DNA of 64,000 bases from Saccharolobus islandicus REY15A (GTDB taxonomy: Archaea > Thermoproteota > Thermoprotei_A > Sulfolobales > Sulfolobaceae). The notes below the pieces were generated by a model. That model searched no databases. It was not told the DNA's origin and worked only from the letters and a program-made list of their open reading frames with translations. Where the stretch lies: assembly GCF_000189555.1 (NCBI RefSeq), contig NC_017276.1. One strand, 5' to 3'. Each line of letters starts with the position of its first letter. Position 1 is the stretch's first letter. Below, one piece after another: positions 43,793 through 54,546 of the stretch. Position numbers and translations under genes: made by a program.

Positions 43793-45094
43793 CTATTTTA
43801 TTTTAGATTTTCTACATACCTCGTAAAGTCTCTTTGCGAGATTTACCCTTATTCTCCAATCTACTATAGGTTTAGGGTAGTTCTTCAGAGTATATTTGTA
43901 TGCATTATGTATGATCTCTGAGTCATAGCTTTCCAATTCATCTACCCACCTTTTTACATACTTTGCCTCCTGGTCATATGTAATCTGTTGTTTCCAAGGA
44001 TCAAATACTCTAAATATATAATCAGTACCTACAGATGCTATCCATTGCCAGTTTCCATTGTTAACCGAAGGATCATAATCAATTAATTTACTTGCAAAGT
44101 ATTTCTCACCTATCCTCCAATCAATTAGAAGAACCTTAACTAGGAAAAATGCGGTTAACATTCTAACTCTGTTCGGCATATCACCAGTCCGGTTCAATTG
44201 CCTCATTCCAGCATCTATTATTGGATATCCAGTTTTTCCCTCAACCCAAGCTTGAAGTAACCTTTCATTGTTCTCCCACTCAATGCAATTATATTCCCTT
44301 TTTAACGGTTCATGAAATACTCTCTCATTATAGTAAGCCAATAAAGTATAGAAATCCCTCCAGTATAACTGCCTAATTATCGCTTGACTGTCTAATAGAG
44401 AATAATAAACCTCTCTAATTGACAAGGTTCCAAATTTCAGATGGGGTGAGAGAAAAGTTCTATTATCCTCTGCTACGAAATCTTTCCTATCGTAATTAAT
44501 TTGCCTTGCTCTCTCTATTAATTTAATCCCCTCTTTTCTTCCTCCTCGTTCTCCTTGTCTAGGTGGTAATTCATGCTCGTCACCTAAAGAATTTTTATAG
44601 TAATTTGTATAATTATTTTGAACTGGTTTCCTTATTTGTTTATTCTTTACTACATTATAAAATGTTGTGAAGTTCCTATAGTTTTTAAAATCATTCTTTG
44701 ATGTGAGTAAGTAATCCTCAAAAGATTTCATAATTTTTCCGGTATCTTCACAGTACTTGCGAATTCTTTCGTCCCTCATTTTACTAAATGGAGTATAATC
44801 CTCATTTAGATAAACTGCATCAACATCTTTAAGTAAGTTCTTTATTACCTCCTCAGCTAGTCCGAAGTAGACATAAAGTCTGGATCCTCTTTTTCTTAAC
44901 TCGTCATTTAGCTCATTCAATGAATTAATCATGAAGTTTATGGCAAACTCTGATTTGTATTCGTTTTCATTACCGACTTGTCTAGGATCTAATATAAACG
45001 CTGGAATAACTTTCTCGCAATCCTCTAAAGCTTTAATTAATCCAGTATTGTCGTCTAGTCTGAGATCTCTTCTAAATATAAATAGGCAGAGCAC
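43793..45094 (-). CDS. phrB: Deoxyribodipyrimidine photolyase
   Basis: FRRDLRLDDN, LSPHLKFG, LYWRDF, TGYPIIDAGMRQL, NNGNWQW; start at GTG 45094. Confidence 0.93.
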   Translation of the reverse strand: MLCLFIFRRDLRLDDNTGLIKALEDCEKVIPAFILDPRQVGNENEYKSEFAINFMINSLNELNDELRKRGSRLYVYFGLAEEVIKNLLKDVDAVYLNEDYTPFSKMRDERIRKYCEDTGKIMKSFEDYLLTSKNDFKNYRNFTTFYNVVKNKQIRKPVQNNYTNYYKNSLGDEHELPPRQGERGGRKEGIKLIERARQINYDRKDFVAEDNRTFLSPHLKFGTLSIREVYYSLLDSQAIIRQLYWRDFYTLLAYYNERVFHEPLKREYNCIEWENNERLLQAWVEGKTGYPIIDAGMRQLNRTGDMPNRVRMLTAFFLVKVLLIDWRIGEKYFASKLIDYDPSVNNGNWQWIASVGTDYIFRVFDPWKQQITYDQEAKYVKRWVDELESYDSEIIHNAYKYTLKNYPKPIVDWRIRVNLAKRLYEVCRKSKIK

Positions 45095-45176
45095 ATTTCT
45101 TTTCAGCTCTCGAGTTATTAGATTTATATTAAAAAAAGAGTTAGAATAAAAGGAAGCTTTTAACATTATATATTAT

Positions 45177-47015
45177 ATGACTAGATATTTGATCTTGGGA
45201 AACGGTTCATTGACAGTTCTATACGATAGTAATTTTACAATAAGGGAAATATACTGGCCATTAACTACTACAAATAATTTACATAGGGGCAGGTTCGGTG
45301 TTTTTGTTAATGGTAAGTTCTCATGGTTAGATAATTTAAATCCAAAGATTGGATATTTAGATGATACTTTAGCGGCATATTCATCTTTTTCCTTTGAGGG
45401 AGTGAATTTTTATTTAGAAGATGTAATAGATATGGCTTATGATATTTGGATAAGGAAAGTTTCAGTAAAAGACGTAAAGGATAGGGAGGTTAGAGTTTTT
45501 ACCGCTTTTGATTTTCATGTTGGGGGAACACCAGATGGTAATACTGCACTTTTTGACCCTTATTCTGAGTCTATGATACAATATAAAGGTTCTAGATGGT
45601 TTTTACTTTCATCTTCGATTCCCTTCTATCAGTACGCTACGGGAATTAAGGAATATAAGGGACTTTTAGGGACATGGAAAGATTGCGAAGATGGTGAACT
45701 TTCCGGTAATCCAATTGCTCAAGGTTCAGTTGATTTTGCTAGTAGTTTCAAATTGTATGGAGAAGATTTCTATATATGGTTAGTAGCCGGTAAAAATTAT
45801 AATGAAGCTAAGGGTTTAAGCGATTACGTGAGGAAGAGAACACCCGCGATTTTATTCAAGAGGGTTAAGGACTATTGGAGAGCGTGGTTAAGTAAAGTAA
45901 ACGATTACGGTGAATACGATTCGATTTTAAGGAGAAGTTTACTGATTTTGCAATCCCATGTACAGAACAACGGTGCCATAGTAGCGTCACTAGATACTGA
46001 TATTATGAAGTTTAATAGGGATACATATAACTACGTGTGGCATAGAGATGCTGTATTCTGTATTTTAGCTCTTGAACTAATGGGGTATTTCGATAGATCT
46101 AGACAGTTCTTTGAATTCACTAGGAGGCTCTTCACAATAAACGGTGCACTATTTCATAAATATACTGTTGATGGACATTTCGGTTCCACATGGCATCCCT
46201 GGACTTTGGACTATTTGCCTATTCAAGAAGATGAGACTGCATTAGTACTTTACGCCTTATGGTTTCATTTTTCAAAGTGGAAAGATGTTGATTTTATAAA
46301 GACTTACTATAGGCCCATGGTTAAGGGCATAGCTGATTTTCTAGTAAATTATAGAGAAAAGGCTACCGGTCTTCCACTTCCCTCATTCGATCTATGGGAA
46401 GAGAGGATTGGTACTCACTTTTATACTACAATAACTGTAATCGCAGGATTAAGGGCTGCAGCGGATTTTGCAAGATATTTTGGAGAAGATGAGCTAGCAC
46501 AAAAATATGAAACTGTTGCAGATCAAATGCGTAATTCATTAGATTTATTCTGGGTTGGGGACCATTACGCTAGAACGATATATATGAAGGAAGGTCAAGT
46601 TCATAAGATCGATGAAACTGTTGACTCAAGTATATTGTTGGCACCAATATTTAATGTAATTTCGATGAGCGACTCCCGTTTTGTAAAGAATTTAGAGACT
46701 GTTATAGAGAAGTTAAGTGTTAGAAGGGGATTAGTTAGGTATGAGGGTGATCAATATTTAAGAGGAGGTAATAATTCCAATATCTGGTTTATATCTACAT
46801 TATGGTTATCTCAAGTTTATTCGTTAATGGGTGAGAAAGATAAGGCTAAGGAAAAGATAGATTGGGTCTTGTCGAAATCTTTACCAACTGGAGTTATACC
46901 AGAACAAATTGACGATAATGACAAATATCCATCGGTTTCTCCCTTAGCGTGGAGCCACGCAGAGTTAATAAGGGCAATATATGCGTTAAGAAATGGCACA
47001 TTAGATCCTAAATAA
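45177..47015 (+). CDS. Glycoside hydrolase family 15 (glucoamylase/trehalase-like)
   Basis: YVWHRD, DLWEER, IPEQI, PLAWSHAE. Confidence 0.92.
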   Translation: MTRYLILGNGSLTVLYDSNFTIREIYWPLTTTNNLHRGRFGVFVNGKFSWLDNLNPKIGYLDDTLAAYSSFSFEGVNFYLEDVIDMAYDIWIRKVSVKDVKDREVRVFTAFDFHVGGTPDGNTALFDPYSESMIQYKGSRWFLLSSSIPFYQYATGIKEYKGLLGTWKDCEDGELSGNPIAQGSVDFASSFKLYGEDFYIWLVAGKNYNEAKGLSDYVRKRTPAILFKRVKDYWRAWLSKVNDYGEYDSILRRSLLILQSHVQNNGAIVASLDTDIMKFNRDTYNYVWHRDAVFCILALELMGYFDRSRQFFEFTRRLFTINGALFHKYTVDGHFGSTWHPWTLDYLPIQEDETALVLYALWFHFSKWKDVDFIKTYYRPMVKGIADFLVNYREKATGLPLPSFDLWEERIGTHFYTTITVIAGLRAAADFARYFGEDELAQKYETVADQMRNSLDLFWVGDHYARTIYMKEGQVHKIDETVDSSILLAPIFNVISMSDSRFVKNLETVIEKLSVRRGLVRYEGDQYLRGGNNSNIWFISTLWLSQVYSLMGEKDKAKEKIDWVLSKSLPTGVIPEQIDDNDKYPSVSPLAWSHAELIRAIYALRNGTLDPK

Positions 47016-47105
47016 ATCGTAATTTTAACTATTATCTTTTATCATTATAAATTAAGTTTACAAGTTACCAAAAGATTTTTAAGAGTTTTATGAAATCCTC
47101 TAACT

Positions 47106-47501
47106 ATGCAAGGTAAAACTGAAATAAACATGCCAGATGGTAGAGTAGCTGATATATTCAATGTAATAAAGTTCCTTTATGGACTCAGTGATAGGGATAT
47201 AGAAATTTTAAAATTGTTACTTAAATCTCAAAACCCTCTCACCATGGAAGAAATTTCAAGTAAATTGAATATTACAAAATCTGTTGTGAATAAATCTATA
47301 CTGAATCTTGAGAAGAAGAATATAATAATTAAAGAAAAAATAGAAACTTCTAAAAAAGGGAGAAGGGCATATACGTATAAGGTGGATTCAAATTATTTAA
47401 ACAAGAAATTACTTGTTGATCTAGACCAATTAATGAAAGATTTAAAGGTAAAGATAGCAAATGTTATGGGTGTAGAGATAGAAAAAACTGCTAATATTTA
47501 A
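47106..47501 (+). CDS. MarR/TrmB-like winged-helix regulator
   Basis: LTMEEISSKLNITKSVVNKSILNL HTH; GRRAYTY wing. Confidence 0.85.
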   Translation: MQGKTEINMPDGRVADIFNVIKFLYGLSDRDIEILKLLLKSQNPLTMEEISSKLNITKSVVNKSILNLEKKNIIIKEKIETSKKGRRAYTYKVDSNYLNKKLLVDLDQLMKDLKVKIANVMGVEIEKTANI

Positions 47502-47517
47502 AGAAAAAATCCTTTTA

Positions 47518-47805
47518 TTATTTAATGGATAGAACGCTATTAATTTTCTCCTTTAATTGATCCATATTCTTTCTCATATCATTAAATCTCCTTATATCTT
47601 CAAGTAGTTCCTCTCCCTTCTTAGTTAACATGTACTGTTTTCCTTCTTGTTTTATGATTTCTAAATCCATTAACATCTTTATATATCTCCCAGTTAGAGC
47701 ATAGCTTAGATTGGCACCATACATTATTCTGGTCTTAGGAGATCCAGATTTACATGCCTCAAGTATTGCTTGTATAATTTCTAGCTTGCTTCTTTTCTTA
47801 GCCAT
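47518..47805 (-). CDS. Archaeal winged-helix protein
   Basis: [30 protein letters not shown]. Confidence 0.85.
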   Translation of the reverse strand: MAKKRSKLEIIQAILEACKSGSPKTRIMYGANLSYALTGRYIKMLMDLEIIKQEGKQYMLTKKGEELLEDIRRFNDMRKNMDQLKEKINSVLSIK

Positions 47806-47952
47806 GATAGACTTTCTATATATTGTAGTTTATAAACTTTTGCTTTACATCCAATGTATTACTAGTCTTTTTAGCTTTGAGTTGTCTCTACTTTGTCATA
47901 TTGTTGAAAAGTATTAATTTATTTAAGCTCTAATGATTAAGTTACTCTTATA

Positions 47953-48687
47953 ATGGAAAGAATTGACATAGCAAGCGTTAAAGGTGGTGTAGGGAAATCA
48001 TTTATAGCTTATTTTCTGAGTAAAACACTTGCTGCAAGTCATAAAATATTACTGATAGATAAAGATTTAACATCTACACTTAGTAGGGTCTACAATATAA
48101 AAGGCAACTTACTATCTTATTTGACAGTGGGTCAATCCTCTTTAGCTTATTTCAAAGAAGTTGACAGTGGACTTACAGTAGTTAATGTAGGCTGCAGTAG
48201 AAAGATAAAAAATGTAGAACCTAAAAAAATTGCAGATATCTATAGTGGCTTTTCAGATTACGATTTGATGATAGTTGATAACCCACCAATACCCTCAGAT
48301 GTTTGTTTAGATACTGAGCTTCAAGCTTATTATACTTATTTGAATGAAAAGAGATTAGATTACAATTTGATCTTAATATTACCCCCAAATCAGCTTTTGT
48401 TAGATGAAAGTCTGGCATTCATGCAACTATTTAAGGATTATATTAAGAATGAATTAAGTATATCACTGGGAAATGATTTAGTAAATTTTGATGTAATATC
48501 CTCAGTAATAAACATGTATAATCCTAGGGAAAGAATAGATATTAGTAAGATTAAAGATTTAACTAGTAAAATAGTTAAAATTCCATTCAAGAAAGAAGCA
48601 ATCTATACACCCTTTAATCAACTAAACACGCCAATGGAAATTAGTGAATTGGCAAAATATGTGCTAGAGTATCTAGAAAGTAGGTGA
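47953..48687 (+). CDS. ParA/MinD-like P-loop ATPase
   Basis: Deviant Walker A KGGVGKS, IDKD, IVDNPP. Confidence 0.75.
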   Translation: MERIDIASVKGGVGKSFIAYFLSKTLAASHKILLIDKDLTSTLSRVYNIKGNLLSYLTVGQSSLAYFKEVDSGLTVVNVGCSRKIKNVEPKKIADIYSGFSDYDLMIVDNPPIPSDVCLDTELQAYYTYLNEKRLDYNLILILPPNQLLLDESLAFMQLFKDYIKNELSISLGNDLVNFDVISSVINMYNPRERIDISKIKDLTSKIVKIPFKKEAIYTPFNQLNTPMEISELAKYVLEYLESR

Positions 48688-48813
48688 GATATAACTATTC
48701 TTACTATTAGTTTATAAAGTTAATACCATTCTATAAATGCTTTAATGTTTCAAACAATATAATGAAAGAAAGAATTATATACAAGAATTTCTGATCATAA
48801 AAATAGTGGTTAA

Positions 48814-49008
48814 ATGGTAAGTGTGAAAAGTATTTTAGCGGGAATCCTAATTCTAATACCATTTATCGTATATTTCGCAATACCAACATATAATAAAGTA
48901 GAGCCAGACTTAGGGAGTTTGCCGTTTTTCTATTGGTATCAAACAGTGTGGTTGGCAATATCAACAATACTTTTCTCAATAGCTGCGCTCCTTCTTGCCA
49001 GAAGGTGA
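48814..49008 (+). CDS. DUF3311-type small membrane partner of the SSS transporter
   Basis: YNKVEPDLGSLPFFYWYQ; directly upstream of the symporter. Confidence 0.85.
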   Translation: MVSVKSILAGILILIPFIVYFAIPTYNKVEPDLGSLPFFYWYQTVWLAISTILFSIAALLLARR

Positions 49009-49013
49009 TATAA

Positions 49014-50531
49014 ATGTTAGGGCTAGCTGGAATAATCGTCTTTATAGCACTTTTCATAGTATTCATATTCCTTGGATTTTATGGGGCTTTTTGGAGAAAA
49101 GGAAATTTGGATTTGCTTCATGAATGGGGATTAGCAGGGAGAAGGTTAGGTACTGTTCTAGTATGGTTCTTAATGGGTGCAGATTTATACACAGCATATA
49201 CATTTATTGCAGTACCATCAAGCCTTTACGCAAAAGGTGCAATATATTTCTTCGCAGTACCATATGTTTCTTTAACCTTTGCCATAGCGATGTTAACAAT
49301 GCCTAAACTATGGATTGTTTCGAGAAATAGAGGTTATGTGACGGCAGCTGATTTCGTGAAAGATAGATTCAACAGTAGCATTTTAGCTGCTTTAATAGCG
49401 TTAACTGGTGTAGTCGCTGAATTACCTTATATAGCATTACAAATAGTAGGTATGAAGTCGGTCCTACAGATGATGTTATTAGGAATAGGTAACGCGGCCT
49501 TAGTGTCTGAAATTTCCCTAATAGTTTCCTTCATAATTTTAGCGGCATTTACGTACACTTCCGGTCTTAGGGGTGCTGCGTTAACTGGAGTTTTTAAAGA
49601 TATTTTGATCTGGATCACGGTTATATCGGTAATCGTAATCGTACCACTACAATATGGGGGTTTCACTCACGCCTTTAGTGTTATAAACTCAGCAAACCTT
49701 TCAGCAAGATATACTACATTACCAAGTAACTTACAAATAGCATATTGGAGTTTATTCTTAGGTAGTGCACTAGCCCTATACCTTTATCCACATTCAATAA
49801 ACGGTTCATTAAGCGCTGATGATAAGAATAGATTAATGTATAGTACAGCAATGTTGCCAATTTATGGTATTGGTCTAGCAATAATAGCATTATTTGGTAT
49901 TTTAGTTTATGCGGTACCAAACGCATTGAGTGTTGTATCTAAATATGGGGGTGCCCTTGTAGTTCCTGCATTAATAACATCAACCATGCCAGATTGGGCT
50001 GCTGGTATAATGCTACTAGGTATATTTGTTGGTGGCTTGGTCCCAGCTGCAATAATGGCAATAGCGGCATCCAATTTACTAGTTAGAAATGTAATAAAAG
50101 AGGTAAATCCAAGCATTACACCCAAAGGGGAGACAACACTAGCTAAGTGGATATCAGCTGTTATAAAGTTCTTAGCTTTAGCCTTCGTCTTCCTAGTCCC
50201 ATCTACATATGCCATCAACCTCCAATTGCTAGGAGGAATACTTATAACACAGACATTACCGGCAGTGTTCTTAGGTTTATACACTAAATGGTTTAATCCA
50301 TGGGCACTAACTGCGGGATGGGCTACTGGAATTATAAGCGGGACCTATATGTTCTTCACATTTGGACTACCTCGTGCCACGTCTCTATATCCTACGCTTT
50401 TCGGTTTAATGTATGCTGCAGTAATAGCGTTAGTACTGAACCTGGTAGTTTCAGTCATAGGTACGCTTGTAGCTAATGCCCTAGGGTTCAAGACTAAAAG
50501 CAATATATCTGCAGAGGATCTAAAAGGATGA
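49014..50531 (+). CDS. Sodium:solute symporter family protein
   Basis: [23 protein letters not shown]; many TM helices. Confidence 0.9.
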   Translation: MLGLAGIIVFIALFIVFIFLGFYGAFWRKGNLDLLHEWGLAGRRLGTVLVWFLMGADLYTAYTFIAVPSSLYAKGAIYFFAVPYVSLTFAIAMLTMPKLWIVSRNRGYVTAADFVKDRFNSSILAALIALTGVVAELPYIALQIVGMKSVLQMMLLGIGNAALVSEISLIVSFIILAAFTYTSGLRGAALTGVFKDILIWITVISVIVIVPLQYGGFTHAFSVINSANLSARYTTLPSNLQIAYWSLFLGSALALYLYPHSINGSLSADDKNRLMYSTAMLPIYGIGLAIIALFGILVYAVPNALSVVSKYGGALVVPALITSTMPDWAAGIMLLGIFVGGLVPAAIMAIAASNLLVRNVIKEVNPSITPKGETTLAKWISAVIKFLALAFVFLVPSTYAINLQLLGGILITQTLPAVFLGLYTKWFNPWALTAGWATGIISGTYMFFTFGLPRATSLYPTLFGLMYAAVIALVLNLVVSVIGTLVANALGFKTKSNISAEDLKG

Positions 50532-50594
50532 AAGTTAAACTCAAACCTTTTTTATTTTAAAATCTTATTTACCTACTAGTAGTATATTCTAATT

Positions 50595-51338
50595 ATGATA
50601 TACGAGAAAGTAGCTGAAGAACTTATTTCCTCTTCTTACACCATAGCCTTTACCGGAGCCGGTATCAGTACAGCTTCTGGTATTCCCGATTTCAGAGGTC
50701 CTCAAGGATTATGGAAGAAGTATTCACCAGAGTTAGCTAGTATAGAATATTTTGAAAAAGATCCTAAAAATTTTTGGGGATTCTACTCATTAAGAATGAG
50801 GGGATTATTCGAAGCCCAACCTAATAAGGCACACTACTCTTTGGCTGAGTTAGAAAAGATGGGCATAATAAAGGTAATAATAACACAAAATATTGACGGT
50901 CTACATCAGAAGGCTGGTTCTAAGAACGTTATTGAGCTTCACGGAACTATGAGGAGGTCATATTGCGTTTTATGCTTAAGGACTTATGATTCGCTAAACG
51001 TCCTAAGTATGATAGAAAATGGTAATCTTCCACCTAGGTGTGATTGTGGTGGGATAATAAGGCCAGATGTTGTGCTTTTTGGGGAACCAGTTAAGAACAT
51101 TTATGAGGCACTAAGTATTGCCTATGAATCTGATCTCGTAATTTCAATTGGTTCTTCATTAACTGTATATCCAGCCAATTTAATTCCACAGACCGTAAAA
51201 GAAAGAGGTGGTAAGCTAATAATTTTAAATATGGAGGAGACCCCGTTGGATAGTATTGCGGATTACGTTGTAAGGGAACCAGTGGAAATTTCATTGCCCA
51301 AGATAGTTGAGAACGTGAGACAGAAAATACTTTCGTGA
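50595..51338 (+). CDS. cobB: NAD-dependent protein deacetylase Sir2
   Basis: TGAGISTASGIPDFRG, TQNIDGLH, ELHG, CVLC...CDCG, GSSL. Confidence 0.95.
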   Translation: MIYEKVAEELISSSYTIAFTGAGISTASGIPDFRGPQGLWKKYSPELASIEYFEKDPKNFWGFYSLRMRGLFEAQPNKAHYSLAELEKMGIIKVIITQNIDGLHQKAGSKNVIELHGTMRRSYCVLCLRTYDSLNVLSMIENGNLPPRCDCGGIIRPDVVLFGEPVKNIYEALSIAYESDLVISIGSSLTVYPANLIPQTVKERGGKLIILNMEETPLDSIADYVVREPVEISLPKIVENVRQKILS

Positions 51339-51372
51339 ATCTCAGTAGTGTTTTTTAAGTAAAATTTCTGAT

Positions 51373-51573
51373 ATGATTGAAGAGGAAGAGGAATTAAAAT
51401 TAATAAAACAAATATTTTTAATAATTAATGAGAATGTGCCAGATGACTGTAGAGATTTGGTAATTAACAGATTAATGAATAGACTAATGGATGATATTAA
51501 GGAACTAGGTGTTAAGGAGACAATAAAAAAATGGTTAGGTGAGGAAGATGAGGAACTTATCATAGTTGATTAA
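51373..51573 (+). CDS. Small acidic helical hypothetical protein
   Basis: 66-aa ORF co-oriented after Sir2, host-like composition. Confidence 0.5.
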   Translation: MIEEEEELKLIKQIFLIINENVPDDCRDLVINRLMNRLMDDIKELGVKETIKKWLGEEDEELIIVD

Positions 51574-51593
51574 ATCAGTCGTGGATTTGATCT

Positions 51594-52307
51594 TCACCTT
51601 TCAGAGCTTAGCCCGTTCTTCATCTTTATTAAATCTTCAGAGACCTCCTCTATATCTTTTATTGTATCTATTGATCTCCAGTAGACATCATGATACTTTA
51701 TGCCAATCAATAACGATTCCTTTGCAAGTTTAGGAAAAGTGAGTTTTTCCATGTCTCCCTTTTCTGGTAAGTATTTGAATATTTCCTTTCTCATTAGATA
51801 AACTCCCGCATTTATCCAGTAGTTTTCTAAGATTGGCTTCTCCTTAAAATCTATAATCTTGTCATCCTTAGTTTCGACTATTCCGTATGGGCTCTTCAAG
51901 GGAACTAGTGACATTGTCATTACGTTTTCATTAGATATTTTTAACTTACTTATATCTAGGTTAGTTATTATATCACCGTTGAGAACTATAAACGTGTTTT
52001 CCGTACTTAATAATCTCTCGATCTTCCTGAGTGCTCCTCCAGTACCTAAAGGTTCCTCTTCTATAGAAAAATACGTTGAAATTCCCAATCTCTTTTCGTT
52101 TTCACTTAACCACTTTATGAGAACCTCCCATTTATAGCCTGTTAATATTACAAAGGATGTAATACTGAATTGTTTAAGCCAAGAGATCTGCCATTCAATG
52201 ATTGGTCTCCCAGCCACTTCAATCAAAGGCTTAGGCCTATCATCTGTAAGTGGTCTTAATCTCTTACCATACCCACCCGCTAAAATAACCGCGTGCATAA
52301 CATACAT
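51594..52307 (-). CDS. NDP-sugar pyrophosphorylase-family nucleotidyltransferase
   Basis: [33 protein letters not shown]. Confidence 0.9.
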   Translation of the reverse strand: MYVMHAVILAGGYGKRLRPLTDDRPKPLIEVAGRPIIEWQISWLKQFSITSFVILTGYKWEVLIKWLSENEKRLGISTYFSIEEEPLGTGGALRKIERLLSTENTFIVLNGDIITNLDISKLKISNENVMTMSLVPLKSPYGIVETKDDKIIDFKEKPILENYWINAGVYLMRKEIFKYLPEKGDMEKLTFPKLAKESLLIGIKYHDVYWRSIDTIKDIEEVSEDLIKMKNGLSSER

Positions 52308-52504
52308 ATTATTTCCAATTTAATAAACATTTTCCAATACTAGCCTAAAAGTCTCATAGCGTAGAGGACTATTTTGAAAGTTCTTTCCTTAGAATTCTTC
52401 AGCTCTAGACTCCAACTCTTTTACGTAACCACTGGTTATTTTTAATTACTTCTAAATATCGTTTTGATTAAATAATGTTTATATAGTATTACAATGTATT
52501 TTCT

Positions 52505-52655
52505 ATTGATGATCTCCCAACTGATGACGGGCACTGCTCACGAGGGTGGGAGTGATAAAAGTGTGGATGGGAGGGTAGTGGTGTTTCCCTCGACCAGCCC
52601 CAATGATTTAAGGGTGACTGTGTATGATCCCTTAGGAGGGGTGCCCCATGGCGGA
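52505..52655 (+). ncRNA. Candidate structured ncRNA with K-turn/K-loop-like motifs
   Basis: GC-rich island in an AT-rich intergenic region; GGGCAC/GTGCCC, CTCCCA/TGGGAG and TAAGGG/CCCTTA stems; several TGA/ATGA motifs; TTTATATA at 52478-52485. Confidence 0.55.
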
Positions 52656-52843
52656 ATTAGAAGTAATTAAAAGTAAGGAAAAGTTACGCCACGGGTAAAC
52701 ACTCTTATATAGTAAAGAGGATCAATATACATTTCAAACAATTATAGGTATTATTTGTTTTTACGTAGCCTAAAACTACCCAACCCTCATGCAAAACATT
52801 ATCAAAATCCTACCCTCATAAAGGTGAACTACCCCGCCCTTAC

Positions 52844-54064
52844 CGGTAGACCCAAAATCACCTCCTTAAAAATAAATCTATAGTATAAATAAGCGTTTCA
52901 ACTATATTAAATGTAAAATTCTCTGGATTGAATAAATCAGGAAATAAAAGAATTAATAATAATCTAAACTCCTCTCTCCCCACCTCCCCCTTGAATATGG
53001 TATATAAGGAGTAGAGTACAAGGGCCAGCACGAAGATCAACGTGCGGAAAACAAACTTAGTAGAACTAGTAAATGGAAGAAAAGCCTTAATGTTCCTATA
53101 AGAGGTCTCTATGGGACCTCTTACCTTATTGTACAAATCCAACACTTCCCTCTTGGATAGGTCTAGGTTAGTAGCCCTAGCGAAGTAAACAAGACTCTTC
53201 TTCTTTCTCCCCACTTTTTCCTTGCTGTACACGAGAAGCCTGAACTTGACCTGCTCATCCCTCCTATGCCTCTTACTATTAGTTGTGTAATCCCCGTCAA
53301 ACTCCTCGTACACCTTCACGTCCCCAACCGGAACAGCAATTATGTACTTAAACTGTGAAATGAAGTTGAGCACGTCAACAGTATAGAAACCAGCGTCAAG
53401 AGTTATCAACCTTATCTTGAATCCCATTGCCATTACTTGTTCAACAAGAGCCTTCACTATCTCGTCCTTAGTCATACCGTTCACTTGCGGAATAAAGGCA
53501 AGTAAAAGCACTTTCCCCTTATACTTGGTTGTTGCAGTTGCGTAGTTCCACGAGTTTCCTTTTTCAGAGCTCCCGAGCCCTTTCACTGGTTTCCCGTACC
53601 ATATCTTGGTTGTCCAGTCTATTGAAAGATCTATCTCATTCACTCCCTTTAATATCTCCAAGGATATTTTCCTAGCTCTTTCCAATAGCTTTTCAGTCAC
53701 TTCCATCCCTTGTTTCTCTACGTAATTCCTCACGGTCTGTGGGGATACGTCATACGCTCTGGACTTGTTCTCTACTGAATCGTTCCACAAACACGCGGAG
53801 ATGAGAGTTTTCGCTACCTCCTCTACCTTTTCCCCTTGGAAGTTTAGCATGGAAAGTAATTTATATCCTATTTGTTGAATATTATTTTGGTGAGGGAGAC
53901 TTGGTGTTACCATCTTGGTTATTCACATGGTAATACGCCATCTCCCTCACCTTAAATCCTTTCTTCAATTGAATTCTTTATACTCTTATAAATTTCTTTA
54001 TCTTTTATAAATTCGATATTATCCTACCAGAAATATTTTTTCTAATATGATTTTGGGTCTACCG
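52844..54064 (-). mobile_element. ISH3-family IS, copy 2, 1221 bp
   Basis: Same 17-bp TIR; 4-bp TSD TTAC (52840-52843 and 54065-54068), which is GTAA on the element strand. Confidence 0.93.
52858..53913 (-). CDS. ISH3-family DDE transposase
   Basis: 351 aa, identical to 36606..37661. Confidence 0.92.
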   Translation of the reverse strand: MVTPSLPHQNNIQQIGYKLLSMLNFQGEKVEEVAKTLISACLWNDSVENKSRAYDVSPQTVRNYVEKQGMEVTEKLLERARKISLEILKGVNEIDLSIDWTTKIWYGKPVKGLGSSEKGNSWNYATATTKYKGKVLLLAFIPQVNGMTKDEIVKALVEQVMAMGFKIRLITLDAGFYTVDVLNFISQFKYIIAVPVGDVKVYEEFDGDYTTNSKRHRRDEQVKFRLLVYSKEKVGRKKKSLVYFARATNLDLSKREVLDLYNKVRGPIETSYRNIKAFLPFTSSTKFVFRTLIFVLALVLYSLYTIFKGEVGREEFRLLLILLFPDLFNPENFTFNIVETLIYTIDLFLRR

Positions 54065-54546
54065 TTACGGACAGGGCATCTCCACCTCACGATGGGGATT
54101 TCCTGCTTCTCAGAGCAACCTCGATCCCCCTTCACCCACAGCGGAGGTTCCATCGAACGGAACCGTTCTGTAATGCCCCGTGTGGAAGAGGGGTTACGGA
54201 GGGTTGCTCTCCACAGGCGTAAGTTCCCCCAGTCCCAAGGGTACGGCCCAGCTCTTACAGCCGAGGCCTAAGAATTATCTATTTTTTGCAATAAAAAGGT
54301 TTCTATAAGGGGGCTATTCATCCCCTACCTTACGGAAGGGGACTTTCGCCCCCTTAACCCCTAATTAAGTTAAAAAGTTAAGGCCTTTGAATAATTCTTT
54401 CCAGATAAAATTTAGTAAATAGTAACTTATATTTAAGAACTTATTTAACAAGATTAAATAGGTACAAGAAAAGCTAATATCTTAATAAAATGTGTTAAAG
54501 TACATTATGGAAAAGTTTTAAAAAGAGAGAGTACGGACATTATCTT

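Larger units (their letters stand above)
52824..54369 (-). mobile_element. SMN1-type non-autonomous IS200/IS605 MITE (321 bp once the nested IS is removed), right-end hairpin interrupted by ISH3
   Basis: Minus strand: TTTAA|CTTAAT left end, LE hairpin CCCCTTCC-GTAA-GGTAGGGG, RE CCCTGTCC-GTAA-GGGCGGGG-TAGTTCAC; 1546-1221-4=321 bp. Size and TTTAA target match my recollection of SMN1. Confidence 0.85.

Noticed and set aside
54047-54271. 74-aa ORF inside the MITE
   Set aside because: It starts inside the ISH3 end and reads through GC-rich structured non-coding sequence.
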